A stretch of 63,259 bases of DNA, counting the filler, from Chiloscyllium plagiosum (lineage: Eukaryota): NCBI RefSeq assembly GCF_004010195.1. It is 4 parts of one record of this genome, joined end to end, with 100 filler letters (N's around TTAATTAATTAA, not from the genome) between each part and the next. Parts side by side here need not be neighbours in the genome. Positions count along the whole stretch, not along the records: positions 1 to 26,999 come from NC_057711.1; positions 27,100 to 53,792 come from NC_057711.1; 2 more parts are not named here. One strand, written 5' to 3'. Positions 25,691 through 37,752 of the stretch are shown here, one piece after another. The notes beneath the pieces are model-generated. The model was not told the DNA's origin. It worked only from the letters and a program-made list of their open reading frames with translations, and ran no database searches. The position numbers were made by a program, and so were the translations under genes. Numbering within the stretch: the stretch's first letter is position 1; the number at the start of each line of letters is the position of its first letter.

Positions 25691-26049
25691 TTTTCATGTT
25701 AAAGCTGCTGGGACCATGACTTGCATCAACTCCACAACCGAAGAGCAGTGTAAATCCTCTGGGTCAGTCAGAGCTCCCCAACACCGAGGTCTAGGGATTT
25801 TACCAAATAAAAAAAAATTCTGATAAAAGAACCCAAAGAGAATAAAGAGAAAACACTACAAATATTTCTCAAACTGGCCAATAACAGGAGCGAGTAAAGG
25901 GGAGCTATTGTATTGGTTGAAATCTTATGAATTTGAAATGCTACCTGTTTCTCTGTCCATGAATGTTAACCAATTGTTGCTGGGCAGATTATTAAGAGAT
26001 CGTTATCTGAAAGGGGAACATTTTCAGGGGCTTCTGTCTTCTGCAGTAA

Positions 26050-26440
26050 CGCAGGACATTGGTGAGGCCACACTTGGTGGATTGTGTTCAGTTTTGGTCA
26101 CCTTGCAATAGGAAGGATGTTATTAAATTGGAAAGAGTGCAGAAAGATGTTGTCAGGACTCAAGGGACTGAGTTATAGGGAGAGGTTGGACAAGCTAGGG
26201 CTTTTATCTTTAGAGTGTAGGAGACTGGGGAGGGGGGGGGTCCTTACAGAGGTGTGTAAGATCATGAGGGGCATGGCTAGGGTGAATGCACTCAGACATC
26301 TCCCCAGGGTTGGGGAATCGAGGACTAGAGGGCATCAGTTTAAGGTTAGAGGGGAAAGAATAAAAGGGAACCCGAGGGGAAACTTTTTCACGCAGAGGGT
26401 AGTACACATATGGAATGAGCTACCAGCAGAAATGGTTGAT
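26050..26440 (+). mobile_element. HER1/CR1 3' fragment (continues at 26746-26772 and 28290-28445)
   Basis: LSYRERLDKLGLLSLE ... FTQRVVHIWNELP. Confidence 0.85.
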
Positions 26441-26745
26441 TAGATTAGATTTCCTACAGTGTGGAAACAGGCCCTTCGGCCCAACAAATCCACACCGACC
26501 CTCCGAAGAGTAACCCACCCAGACCCATTTCCCTCTATCTAATGCACCTAACACTACGGGCAATTTAGCATGGCCAATTCACCTGATCTGCACATCTTTG
26601 GACTGTGGGAGGAAACTGGAGCAAACCCACGCAGACACGGGGAGAATGTGCAAACTCCACAGACAGTCACCCGAGGCTGGAATTGAACCTGGGACCCTGG
26701 TGCTGTGAGGCTGCAGTGCTAACCACTGATCCACACATGCCACCC
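26440..26745 (-). mobile_element. HE1 SINE
   Basis: Reverse-complemented HE1 head and core with a TTAGA tail. Confidence 0.9.
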
Positions 26746-26772
26746 CACGAAGCAGCTATGTCAATAATATTT

Positions 26773-28290
26773 AGAACATAGAACATAGAACATAGAAGAA
26801 TACAGCGCAGTACAGGCCCTTCGGCCCTCGATGTTGCGCCGATCCAAGCCCACCTAACCTACACTAGCCCACTATCCTCCATATGCCTATCCAATGCCCG
26901 CTTAAATGCCCATAATGAGGGAGAGTCCACCACTGCTACTGGCAGGGCATTCCATGAACTCACGACTCGCTGAGTAAAGAACCTACCCCTAACATCTCTN
27001 NNNNNNNNNNNNNNNNNNNNNNNNNNNNNNNNNNNNNNNNNNNTTAATTAATTAANNNNNNNNNNNNNNNNNNNNNNNNNNNNNNNNNNNNNNNNNNNNG
27101 ACAGCGAGGACATAAAAATCAAGGCCAATGGCTCTGCAATCTCCTCCCTTGCTTCCCAGAGAATCCTAGGATAAATGCCATCAGGCCCAGGGGACTTATC
27201 TATTTTCACTCTTTCCAGAATTTCCGACACCTCTTCCCTACATACCTCAAAGCCATTCATTCTACTTAATTGTGACTCAGTATTCACATTGACAACAATG
27301 TCCTGTTCCTGAGTGAATACTGAAGAAAAGTATTCATTCTGTGTCTCCCCAATCTCTTCCGCCTCCACACGCAACTTCCCCCTACTATCCTTGACTGGAC
27401 CTATTCCTACCCTAGTCATTCTTTTATTCCTAACATACCTATAGAAAGCCTTAGGGTTTTCCCTAATCCTACCGACTAAGGACCTTTCATGTCCCCTCCT
27501 TGCTGCTCTTAGCTCTCTCTTCAGGTCCTTCCTGGCTACCTTATAACTCTCAATCACCCCAATTGAACCTTCACGCCACATCTTTACATTGGCCGCCCTC
27601 TTCCATTTAACAAGGGATTCCAATTCCTTATTAAACCACGGTTCCCTCACACGACCCTTTCCTCCCTGCCTGACGGGCACATACTTATCAAGGACACTCA
27701 ATCGTTGCTCCTTGAACAAGCTCCACATATCAGTTACGCCCTTGTCTTGAAGCTTACTTTTCCAGGCCACACATCCTAAGTCATGCCTCACAGCATCATA
27801 ATTTTCCTGCCCCCATCTATAACTCTTGCCCTGTAGTGCACACTTATCCCTCTCCATCACTCGAGTAAAGGTCACCGAATTGTGGTCACTGTCTCCAAAG
27901 TGCTCACCTACCTCTAATTCTAACACCTGGCCTGGTTCATTACCCAGAACCAAATCCAGTATGGCCTCACCTCTTGTTGGCCTATCTACATATTGTGTCA
28001 GGAAACCCTCCTGCACACATTGGACAAACACTAACCCATCTAACGAACTTGAGCTATAGCTTTCCCAATTAATATCAGGAAAGTTAAAGACCCCAATAAC
28101 AACCACCCTATTACTTTCACTCTTCTCTTGAATCATCCTCGCAATCCCTTCTTCTACGTTTCTAGGACTATTAGGAGGCCTGTAAAAAACTCCTAACAGG
28201 GTGAGCTCACCTTTCCTATTCCTAACCTCAGCCCAAACTACCTCAGATGGCGAGTCTTCATCCATCGTCCTTTCCACAGCTGTAATACTA
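26773..28290 (-). mobile_element. Young CR1 LINE spanning the gap (open APE-RT frame 27100-28290; 3' tail 26773-26999)
   Basis: Uninterrupted ~400-aa frame (GVFYRPP, GDSDHN, KSPGPDGIYPRIL) and a (TAGAACA)n tail on the other side of the gap. Confidence 0.88.
27000..27099. other. 100-bp gap with TTAATTAATTAA spacer
   Basis: 44 N, TTAATTAATTAA (27044-27055), 44 N. Confidence 0.97.
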
Positions 28291-28737
28291 GGCATTTGGA
28301 CAAGTACATGGTTAAGAAAGGATTAGCAGGACATGGGTCAAGTGCAGGGAAATGGGATTGGCGTGGATGGATATTTTGATCGGCGTGGACCAGTTTGAGC
28401 CAAAGGGCTGGGTTCTCCGTGCTGTAGGACTCTATGACTCTGTGCCAGCAGGGAGTGGCAGGGTGTAAGTTTAGAGTTGGAGATATGGTGCTGGAAAAGT
28501 ACAGCAGGTCAGGCAGCATCTGAGGAGCAGGAGAGTCAATGTTTCGGCCAAAAGCCCTTCATTGGGGTGCAGGTTTAGCTGAGTTCCTCCTGTCGTGAGA
28601 TAGCTGTAGAGTGGCTGAATGGCCTGCTTTCAGCTCAAACCATTTTGTGATTGTTTCCGGTGATACGGCTGAGCTGTGAACACCTGAAGATGGACAAACG
28701 GACAGGTCCGTCCGCACTGACCTCTGCACAGGTCACT

Positions 28738-29102
28738 CTGTCACACTGTGACTGTGATCAGGGATCAGTGGGGAGTTCCCCACCCACTCAATTCTTCAGG
28801 AAAGCAGCTTCGAGCCACTTGGGCTGCCCTGTGGTCGAGCTGTGGGTTAGTGTAACATGTAACAGGCTCCAGTGAGTTAATGATCCCTGTGCCAGGCGAA
28901 CAGACTGTCTGATTTTCTTGGTGTGGTGTGCTATCTACTGCGGTTGCCAATGTCCCTCTTTCTGACCTGACCAGTATTTAACAAACGGGAACATTGTATT
29001 CCCATCGGCAATCTCCTGATGTGTTCTGTAGGCATTCACCTGCTGACCTATCACAAATCGCACTGTCCTGGGATCTCTCCCCAAGCCTTGCCCACTATCT
29101 GG
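28738..29102 (+). repeat. Copy 1 of an inverted duplicated element with NF-kB/RUNX motifs
   Basis: Aligns with the reverse complement of 34867-35274; GGGGAGTTCCCC at 28770-28781 and TGTGGT at 28830-28835. Confidence 0.85.
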
Positions 29103-29405
29103 TTACTACATCAGAGATATACAAATATACCCCTGAGTTATATTAATGCTTTGGGAGCCCGAGGGTAAGGCATCATCCTGGAAATGCTGGCACATCTCCA
29201 ACACAGCAAACACTGGATAAACTCAGCAAGTCTGGCAGCATCTGTGGAGAGAGAGAGAGAGAGAGATGGAGATGGAGTTAATGCTTTGAAACCAGTAACC
29301 CTTCTTCAGAAGCATTCTGTTTTTGTTTCAGGTCTTCAACACCTGCAGGATTTTGTGTGTAGTCCCATTCACAATAGGCCAACATTTAACACAGTGAAAG
29401 TAGCA

Positions 29406-29568
29406 GCAAGACTAGATGTTGGATTAGTGATGCTGGAAGAGCACAGCAGTTCAGGCAGCATCCGAGGGGTGGATGCTGCCTGAACTGCTGTGCTCTTCCA
29501 GCACCACTAATCCAGAATCTGGTTTCCAGCATCTGCAGTCATTGTTTTTACCTCGCAAGACTAGATGT
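29406..29568. mobile_element. Palindromic Penelope terminal-repeat insertion with 14-bp TSD
   Basis: TSD gcaagactagatgt on both sides; inverted arms ggattagtg.tgctggaagagcacagcagttcaggcagcatcc. Confidence 0.85.
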
Positions 29569-29759
29569 GTCAGCAGTCTGCAATTCGAGTGATTCTTTAT
29601 CTCAATATCATCCCTGCTCTCTCCCTATGGCCCATGGCACAGGTAGCTTCTAGAAATCTATCTATCTCTTAACTGCACAAATGTCTGTGCTAGATAGCAA
29701 TGAAGAGATGATTGGTATAACTGAGTGTCTCACTCAGCCATTTCAGATGACAGCTAAAC

Positions 29760-29960
29760 AGCCAGCCACATCGCTGTGGGTCTGGAGTCAAGTTTAGGTC
29801 AGGCCAGGTAAGAATGGCAGATTTCCCTCCCTAAAGGACAATGGTGAACCAGATGGGTTTTTACAACAACCAACATTATTAGACTCTTAATTCCTGATTT
29901 TGTTCATTGATTTCAAATATCACAATCTGCCATGTTGGGGGTTGAACCCAACTCCCCCGA
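29760..29960 (-). mobile_element. SacSINE1-like Deu-SINE
   Basis: Deu core in reverse orientation. Confidence 0.75.
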
Positions 29961-30609
29961 AGATGGTTTAGTGTTACTGGAGAGTGATGGCAGGAAGGAA
30001 TTCATGGTGTGGGGTATACCGAGGATGGGGTACCGGGGTTTTAGCACTGGTATAGGGGAGGCTGTCACTGGGATCTGAAATTTGGCATTGATGGTCTTAA
30101 CTCAAGGAGAGACCACTGGCTCTGCTTGTCATGCTCCAGAGAAGGTAACATGCCAGCGGCAGCCAAAATATAGCCCTAATTGGACATTAATTCGCCCAAT
30201 GAAGTCCTCGTTTCCGGCAGGATGGAATGTGGAATTTCCCTGCCATGGACTTAATCCGGGGGAAAGTGGAAATGCATCCATATCACCCTCCCACCCAATT
30301 CAATGAATGTGTCAGGATTTACAGGGGACCTTTTTGGGGGAGTAGTGTGTGAGTATTTACAAGGAGTCCTTGGAAAGGTGGGAGTGTGTTACTATCTAGA
30401 GAGGGTCCCAAGGTGGGAGATTATGTGTTACTAATTACAGGTCAACATAGGACCAGCAGTAAACCTTTCAGGCTGCTGAGTCTGCCCCACCATTCATTTA
30501 GATCCTCCCTGACCATCTATATCAGTGCCACTTTCCCACATTATCTCCATATCCCTGAATGTCCCAAGTCTCCAGGAACCTATCAATGTCTTTTGATCAG
30601 CATGTTGGT

Positions 30610-30960
30610 CAATAACAATGAAGAGTTTGAGGTCTCTGGAACTGAGTGAAGGGTCTGGAGAATGCTCCATCAATGATATTGCTGGGGTTAGACTCTGATG
30701 TTAAAGAGTTGGCCAAAACACAATTGAGGAGAATGCTTTGGTCAAGCACATCCTGGTCTGTGAAGTGGATGCAGATGGACAATTCACCCTGGTCTTCAGT
30801 TTGGCTCATCCCAGTGCCTATGACATGAGTGGAAAGCTGGCTGAGAGAACGTGCACATTCCTGAGTCATTCTGTTAGCCATTACAATGCAGTAGACTGAG
30901 ATTCCACTCAATATCTCATTGGATTACAGAGGTAGTTCATCTCCTGGGAATATTTAACTG
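30610..30960 (-). pseudogene. Possible hAT transposase relic
   Basis: EDQGELSICIHFTDQDVLDQSILL resembles the hAT motif EQLSICIRYVD; this is a single weak motif. Confidence 0.25.
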
Positions 30961-31921
30961 CGGCATTCTTTGGTAAAGTCACAAAAAAAGCATGTGAGAA
31001 ACAGACTGGACTTTCTTCCTTATCCAGCTACCAGTGACTCTCTTTTCCTACACCCTGTAAACATACCTTGATTGATGAGTTGGAATGGTGGGTGGGTTCT
31101 GACCTAGTTACAGCAGCTTTGTGTGTGTAAGCCATGCTCTGTAGCCTCTGCACCTCCCCTCACCTTCCTTTGATCAGCTTTGTTTAATTCTGTGCTAATA
31201 TTAAAGGCTGTCCCTGTGGTCTTCTGATAGGACATAGAAGACGTAGTGTTGGGCAAGCTAATGGAGCCAAAAGTAGACAACTCCCCTGGCCCTGATGGAG
31301 TGCATCCCAGGGTAATAAAAGAGATAGCGGGAGAAATAGCAAGTGCACTGGTGGTAATTTTCCAAAATTTACTGGGCTCTGTGGCAGTCCCTGCAGAATG
31401 GAAAACAGCAAATGTGATACCACTGTTTTAAAAAAAGATAGACAAAATATAGGGAATTATAGACCAGTTAGCTGAATGTCCTATAGTGGGGAAAATGCTG
31501 GAGTCTATTATCAAGGAAGAAATAGCAGGGCATCTAGATAGAAATTGCCCCATTGGACAGCATGGGTTCATGAAGGACAGGTTATGCTTAATTAAACTTT
31601 TGGAATTTGGTGAAGACATTATGAACATGGTGGACAACCAAGACCCAGTAGATGTAGTGTATCTAGATTTCCAAAAGGCATTAAACAAAGTGCTGTACAA
31701 AAGGCTATTGCATGAGGTAAACATGCATGGTGTTCCAGGCAATGTATTAGCATATGTAGAGGATGGTTAACCAACTAGCAACAAAGAGTGAGGATAAGTG
31801 AGTGCTGCTCTGTTTGAAAATCAGTGACTAATGGTGTGCCTCAGGGATCAGTGTTGGGACCACAATTATTCACAATTTATATAGATGATTTGGAGTTGGG
31901 GACCATGTGCAATGTGTCAAA

Positions 31922-32274
31922 GTTGTTGTGGTTCTGTTCGCCGAGCTGGGAATTTGTGTAGCAGACGTTTCGTCCCCTGTCTAGGTGACATCCTCAGTGC
32001 TTGGGAGCCTCCTGTGAAGCGCTTCTGTGATCTTTCCTCCGGCATTTGTAGTGGTTTGAATCTGCCGCTTCCGGTTGTCAGTTCCAGCTGTCCGCTGCAG
32101 TGGTCGGTATATTGGGTCCAGGTCGATGTGCTTGTTGATTGAATCAGTGGATGAGTGCCATGCCTCGAGGAATTCCCTGGCTGTTCTCTGTTTGGCTTGT
32201 CCTATAATAGTAGTGTTGTCCCAGTCGAATTCATGTTGCTTGTCATCTGTGTGTGTGGCTACTAAGGATAGCTG
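31922..32274 (-). mobile_element. Penelope (Poseidon-type) 3' fragment
   Basis: HEFDWDNTTIIGQAKQRTAREFLEAWHSS (GIY-YIG C-terminus); gtcaaa is duplicated at 31916-31921 and 32275-32280. Confidence 0.88.
31960..32001 (-). ncRNA. Minimal type I hammerhead ribozyme motif
   Basis: AGCA-CUGAGGA-U-GUCACCU-agac-AGGGGAC-GAAAC-GUC-UGCU: intact core, 4-bp stem I, stem II with one mismatch, palindromic ACGU stem III. Confidence 0.72.
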
Positions 32275-33829
32275 GTCAAATTATGCCGATGACACCAAAT
32301 GAGTGGGAGAGCAAGGTGTGCAGAGGACTGTGAAACTTTGCAGAGGGACATAGATAGTTCAAGTGAGTGGGCAAAGGTCTGACAGGTGGCGTGCAATGTT
32401 AATAAATATGAAGTCATCCATTTTGGTAGGAGTAACAGTAACAAGGACTATTATGTAAATGATGAAAAATCGCAGCACGCTGCTGTGCAGAGGGACCTGG
32501 GTGTCCTTGTGCATGGATCACGGAAGGTTGGTCTGTAGGTACATCAGGTAATTAGGAAGACAAATGGAATTTTGCACTTCATTGCAAAAGGGGTCGAGTT
32601 TAAAAGCAGGGAGGTTATGTTACAGCTGTGGAAGACCACACCTGGAATATTGCGTGTAGTTTTGATCTGGAGGGGATGTAGAGGAGGTTCGTTAGGTTGA
32701 CCCTGGACTTGAGGGAGTTGGTTTATAAGGAGAGACTGAGTAAACGGGGACTATCCTCATGGAATTTAGAAGATTGAGGAGGGATCTTATCGAAACATAT
32801 AATATTATGAAGGGAAGAGATAAGATGGAAGTAGGGAGGATGTTTCCACTGGCAGGTGAAACTAGGACAAGGGGGCATAGCCTCAAAATTAGGGAGAGCG
32901 GATTTAGGACTGAATTGAGAAGGAACATCTTCACCCAGAGGGTTGGGAATCTGTGGAATTCCCTGCCCAGGGAAGTAGATGAGGCTGCCTCCTTCAATGT
33001 TTTTAAGGCAAAGATGGATAGATTTTTGAACAGTAAAGGAATTAAGGGTTATGGTGAGAGGGCAGGTAAGTGGCTCTGAGACCACGAAAGCATCAGCCAT
33101 GATCTTATTAAATGGTGGAGGGGCTAGATGGCCCACTGCTGCTTCTCATTCTTACGTTCTCATGTCCTGACATTGCAGCAGCCAGGAATAGTTCTGCAAT
33201 AGTTGATTTACTCAACATTTCCAGGTAAGGCTGGTTTCTGGCTTCATTATGAATCAGCAATAAAGAAAATATCCAATCACTGAGCTCAAAGATAACATCA
33301 CCTCCCAACACTCTGCTTTAGTCTGGTCTGTACAGACTCCCACTGGATTGCCATTAACCTCTCCTTGCTGGCTGTGACAATCTCGTGTTAGTTAACACAA
33401 TGGTGATCTTTATTTATTGGCAGCTAAGAAAATCTTGCCAAATGCTTGATCCAGTAACAGCAGGGTGTGGCTTTAACAGTACGGAGTATGGCCATTTGTT
33501 TTAATTCACACAGAAGGGGCTTTGAGACTAACCTTTGAGGAAATACCGACAGAAAGGTACATATGAACTACAGCAAGAGAAGCGAGGGGGCCCATGGAGA
33601 TGAAATTTCCTCCAATTAAATATTGGGAAGACTAAAGTCATTGTTATCGGTCGCTAACTCCTAAATCCAGCCCTCACCCCAGCAATAGTCTGAGATTAAA
33701 TCAGTCTGTTGTAATCGCGTTCCATGTTTGACAAACTCTCTGTCACTGAGGCTATTGATGACTTGTAACATTGCCCCTGTCTCACTAACCTACTGCTGGA
33801 GATCTCCCCCAAGTCTTTCCCACTCCTCT

Positions 33830-33987
33830 TTAGATTAGATTCCTTACAGTGTGGAAACAGGCCCTTCGGCCCAACAAGTCCACACCGACCTGCCGAAGCG
33901 CAACCCACCCAGAGCCATTCCCCTACACCTAACACTATGGGCAATTTAGCATGGCCAATTCACCTAACCTGCACATCCTTGGACTGT
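33830..33987 (-). mobile_element. HE1 SINE 3' part
   Basis: ttagattagatt...gtggaaacaggcccttcggcccaac. Confidence 0.88.
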
Positions 33988-33989
33988 AT

Positions 33990-34360
33990 GGTGTTGAGCT
34001 TCTTGAGTGTTGTTGGAGCTGCCCCCGTCCAGGGCAAGTGGGGAGTATTCCATCACACTCCTGACTTGTGCCTTGTAGATGGCGGACAGGCTTTGGGGAG
34101 TCAGGAGGGGAGTTACTCGCTGCAGTATTCCTAACCTCTGACCGTCTCTTGGAGCCGCTGTGTTTATGTGGTGAGCCCAGATATGTCTGTGATCCCTGGT
34201 AATTCCAAGGATGTTAATAATGGGGGATTCAGTGATGGTAATGCCATTGAACGTCAAGGAGTGGTACTTAGATTGTCTCTTATTGGAGACGGTCATAGCC
34301 TGGATTTGTGTGGTTAAAATGTTATTTGACATTTATCAGCCCAAGCCTGGATTTGTCTAG
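33990..34360 (-). mobile_element. CR1/L2-group LINE fragment
   Basis: GQRLGILQRV ... IYKAQVRSVMEYSPLA. Confidence 0.8.
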
Positions 34361-34367
34361 TCTACCA

Positions 34368-34421
34368 ACCCAGATGTGTGTGCACCCAGATGTGTGTGCA
34401 CCCAGATGTGTGTGCACCCAG
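34368..34421. repeat. 17-bp tandem repeat (x3)
   Basis: Unit cccagatgtgtgtgcac. Confidence 0.9.
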
Positions 34422-34866
34422 AGGGAGAGTGGTTATGATGGCCGAGGGTGGGACGAGTTTGTTTGATTTCAGTGCCTGATGTTGCTCTTTCTGTAAGTCA
34501 GGCATTCATGCCAGGCTGAGGGGTGTGGGGAGGGGGATAACAGCTCTGGCATTTTTTGAGGAAGACTCCTCTTGCCTCTCTCCCACTAGCCTTCCTTGAG
34601 TGTTTGCTGTTCCCTGTTTGTGAGCAGGGAGATATCAGACAGACAAAGAGAGAGATAGCTGGCACCTTCCACCCTCACTGCCCTCATCATCTCCCTCATT
34701 GACTCTTTGATCTCTCATTGAGTATGAGCTCCCCAAACGGTTGGTTCCTCAGTGAGTAGCTGGGACAGACACTGCCAGACCCCTGAGCCCCTCGGAGGGC
34801 TGCTGATCAATAAACTCCACTCCCACTACAGGCCTAGAGTGAATCAATCCTGGCACAGCACAGCAC

Positions 34867-35274
34867 CCAGACAGTGGGCAAGACACGAGGAGAGAACCCA
34901 GGACAATGGGAGTTGTGATAGGTCAGCAGGTGATTTCATACTTTGGTCTCAGAGATTGTTTTTGGGAATACAATGTTCCTGTTTGTTAAATAATGATCAG
35001 GTCAGGAAGAGGGACATTGGCAACCGCAGTAGATAGCACACCAAGAAAATCAGACAGTTTGTACCAGTCTGTTCGCCTGGCACAGGGAGAGATCATTAAT
35101 TCACTGGAGCCTGTTACATGTTAGACTAACCCACAGCTCGACCACAGGGCAGACCCAGTGACCCGAAGCTGCTTTCCTGAAGAATTGAGTGGGTGGGGAA
35201 CTCCCCACTGATCCCTGGAAGGGCTGAGTGTGGCCACTGGGTGAGAGACTCTGATCCCAGTCACAGTGTTACAG
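34867..35274 (-). repeat. Copy 2 of the inverted duplicated element
   Basis: Reverse complement of 28738-29102 with small indels; GGGGAACTCCCC at 35195-35206. Confidence 0.85.
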
Positions 35275-35719
35275 CGGCTGGCACAGCCCTCTGTGTCCCT
35301 CCTCTGACCCATGACAATTACCCCTTTGTGAATGAGCCTCCGTAAATAATGTATTGGGGTTTATCACATCCTGTTCATACAAATCCCTGTCCTCTGGAGC
35401 CCCTTCGCCTTTCTCGCCTTTGTTCCAGGGCTTTCTCCGTGACAACACCCAACCAATCAGAGTGAACATGCACGCCAATCAGCTCTCTGTCCTCCTGAGG
35501 AGAAATGGTTGAAAGTTTGGTATTCTTGCATGGGTCCTGATGGGTGCGGTATGAGGAGGGGATGTAACACTGGATCGTTACTGCTTCCCTCTGAGGTACT
35601 GCCTGATCTTTGATTGTGAAGCAGCTGTTGAGGGTGAATTCAAACGTGTTTTACACAGGTACTAGACATGAGACAGTGGCAGAGTGGTATTGTCACTGGA
35701 ATAGAATCCAGAAAAAAAC

Positions 35720-36200
35720 TAGGAGCAGGAGGAGGCCATTCAGCCCCCCCGAGCCTGCTCCACCATTCAATACAATCACAGCTGACTTCATCTCAGCCTC
35801 AACTCCACTTTCCTGCTCACTCTCCATAACCCTTCAAGTCATTACTGATTAAAACCCTGTCTATCTCCTCCTCAAGTTTATTCACTGTCCCAGCACACAC
35901 CATACCCCACAGATATGTGACCCTTTGAGGGAAGTAACTTTTCCTCATCTCTGTTTTAAATCTGATTCCCCTCATCTTAAAGCTACAACCTCTCATTCTG
36001 GATTGTCCCACATGAGGAAGCGTCCTCTCTACGTCCACTTTGTCAAACCCCTCTCACAGGTTATGAACCTCAGTTAGATCTCCTCCCTGTCTTACAAACC
36101 CCTGAGAGTATTGGCCTAAACTGCTCGACCTCACTTCATCAGACAAGGCCCTCACCTCTGGAATCAATCCAGTGACCCTCCTGTGAACTGCTTCCAATAT
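35720..36200 (-). mobile_element. CR1 3' fragment
   Basis: FKTEMRKSYFPQRV motif plus tail. Confidence 0.8.
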
Positions 36201-36209
36201 AGAATCACA

Positions 36210-36460
36210 GGCTAACCTCTGGAGATATGAGTTTGAATGCCACCAGAGCAGAGGGTGAAATCAGAATTAAAAGCTAAGTCTAACGCCAACTGCTGTCAAT
36301 TGTCATAAAAACTCATCTGGAACATTAACATCCTTCAGGGAGGGAAATCCTTACCCTGGGTCTGGCCTACGTGTGACTCCAGACCTACAGCAATGTGGCT
36401 AACTCTGAACCACACCCTGGGTAATAAATGTAGGCCATTGTAGTGGGCATCCACGTCCCG
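36210..36460 (+). mobile_element. SacSINE1-like Deu-SINE
   Basis: tccttcagggagggaaatcc..tctggcctacgtgtgactccagac. Confidence 0.75.
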
Positions 36461-36523
36461 TGGGCAAGAACGAATACACCTTTGGGGAGTTTGGGTTTTC
36501 CATTGTTTCCCGTTACAGGACGT

Positions 36524-36738
36524 CAGTAACCTTCATGCTGAGGTGGATTGAGCATGATGGGGAAGGAAGCAGAGTGTGAGGACTCTGCCTAGACAATGAT
36601 GCCCCCTCCCCCCATCCCGTGAACAAATAAAAAAGAGCAAAAGTGGCAGCTGACCTTGACTGCTGAGTGCGCAGGAGTCCTCACGCTCTGCTTCCTTCCC
36701 CCCATCATCGTCAATCCACCTCGACATGAAGGTAACTG
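36524..36738. repeat. Foldback with ~65-bp inverted arms and ~80-nt loop
   Basis: 36524-36588 is complementary to 36671-36738. Confidence 0.88.
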
Positions 36739-36746
36739 GCTTCTGA

Positions 36747-37246
36747 NNNNNNNNNNNNNNNNNNNNNNNNNNNNNNNNNNNNNNNNNNNNNNNNNNNNNN
36801 NNNNNNNNNNNNNNNNNNNNNNNNNNNNNNNNNNNNNNNNNNNNNNNNNNNNNNNNNNNNNNNNNNNNNNNNNNNNNNNNNNNNNNNNNNNNNNNNNNNN
36901 NNNNNNNNNNNNNNNNNNNNNNNNNNNNNNNNNNNNNNNNNNNNNNNNNNNNNNNNNNNNNNNNNNNNNNNNNNNNNNNNNNNNNNNNNNNNNNNNNNNN
37001 NNNNNNNNNNNNNNNNNNNNNNNNNNNNNNNNNNNNNNNNNNNNNNNNNNNNNNNNNNNNNNNNNNNNNNNNNNNNNNNNNNNNNNNNNNNNNNNNNNNN
37101 NNNNNNNNNNNNNNNNNNNNNNNNNNNNNNNNNNNNNNNNNNNNNNNNNNNNNNNNNNNNNNNNNNNNNNNNNNNNNNNNNNNNNNNNNNNNNNNNNNNN
37201 NNNNNNNNNNNNNNNNNNNNNNNNNNNNNNNNNNNNNNNNNNNNNN
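36747..37246. other. Assembly gap (500 N)
   Basis: N run. Confidence 1.
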
Positions 37247-37752
37247 GTCTCCGTAATGGCCACAACATCGAAATCCCAGGTACCAACCCACCCTGCCAGT
37301 TCACCCACATTATTTCGGATGTTCCTCACGTTGAAGTACACACACTTCAAACCAGGTTCTCGCTTGCCAGTGTCAGATACTTGATTTGGGAACTCCCTAC
37401 TCTCATCCTCTTCTGTACCTGTCCTACAATTTTGGTTCCCACCCCCCTGCTGTATTAGTTTAAATCCACCGTAATAGCAATAATATTGGTACCCCTCTGG
37501 TTTAGATGAAGACCACCTGCTTATAGAGGTCCCACCTACCCCAGAAAGGGCTCCAATTATCCAAAAACCCGAATCCCTCCCTCCTGCACCATCCCTGTAG
37601 CCACGTGTTCAACTCCTCTCTCTCCCTATTCTTCACCTCACTAGCACGTGGCACGGGCAGCAAACCAGAGACAACAACTCTGTTTGTCCCAGCTCTAAGC
37701 TTCCATCCTAGCTCCCTGAATTTCTGCCTCAAGTCCCTATCTCTCTTCCGAG
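37247..37752 (-). mobile_element. CR1 ORF1 (SGNH esterase-like) / ORF2 start
   Basis: VVVSGLLPVPRA ... LNTWLQGWCRREGFGFLDNW, then CVYFNVRNIRN ... DVVAITE. Confidence 0.88.

Larger units (their letters stand above)
31240..33165 (+). mobile_element. CR1 LINE RT to 3' tail (degraded), interrupted by a PLE
   Basis: SPGPDGVHPRV, QHGFMK, YLDFQKAL, YADDTK and RRDLIETY motifs. Confidence 0.9.

Noticed and set aside
35262..35290. 12-RSS-like CACAGTG-12 bp-GCACAGCCC, suggesting an antigen-receptor segment
   Set aside because: The nonamer is poor, no V/D/J coding segment is adjacent, and the duplicate copy lacks a nonamer.
35264..35572. Small element with CAGTGTTACA/TGTAACACTG inverted ends
   Set aside because: No TSD was found and the left end is shared with the duplicated element at ~28740.
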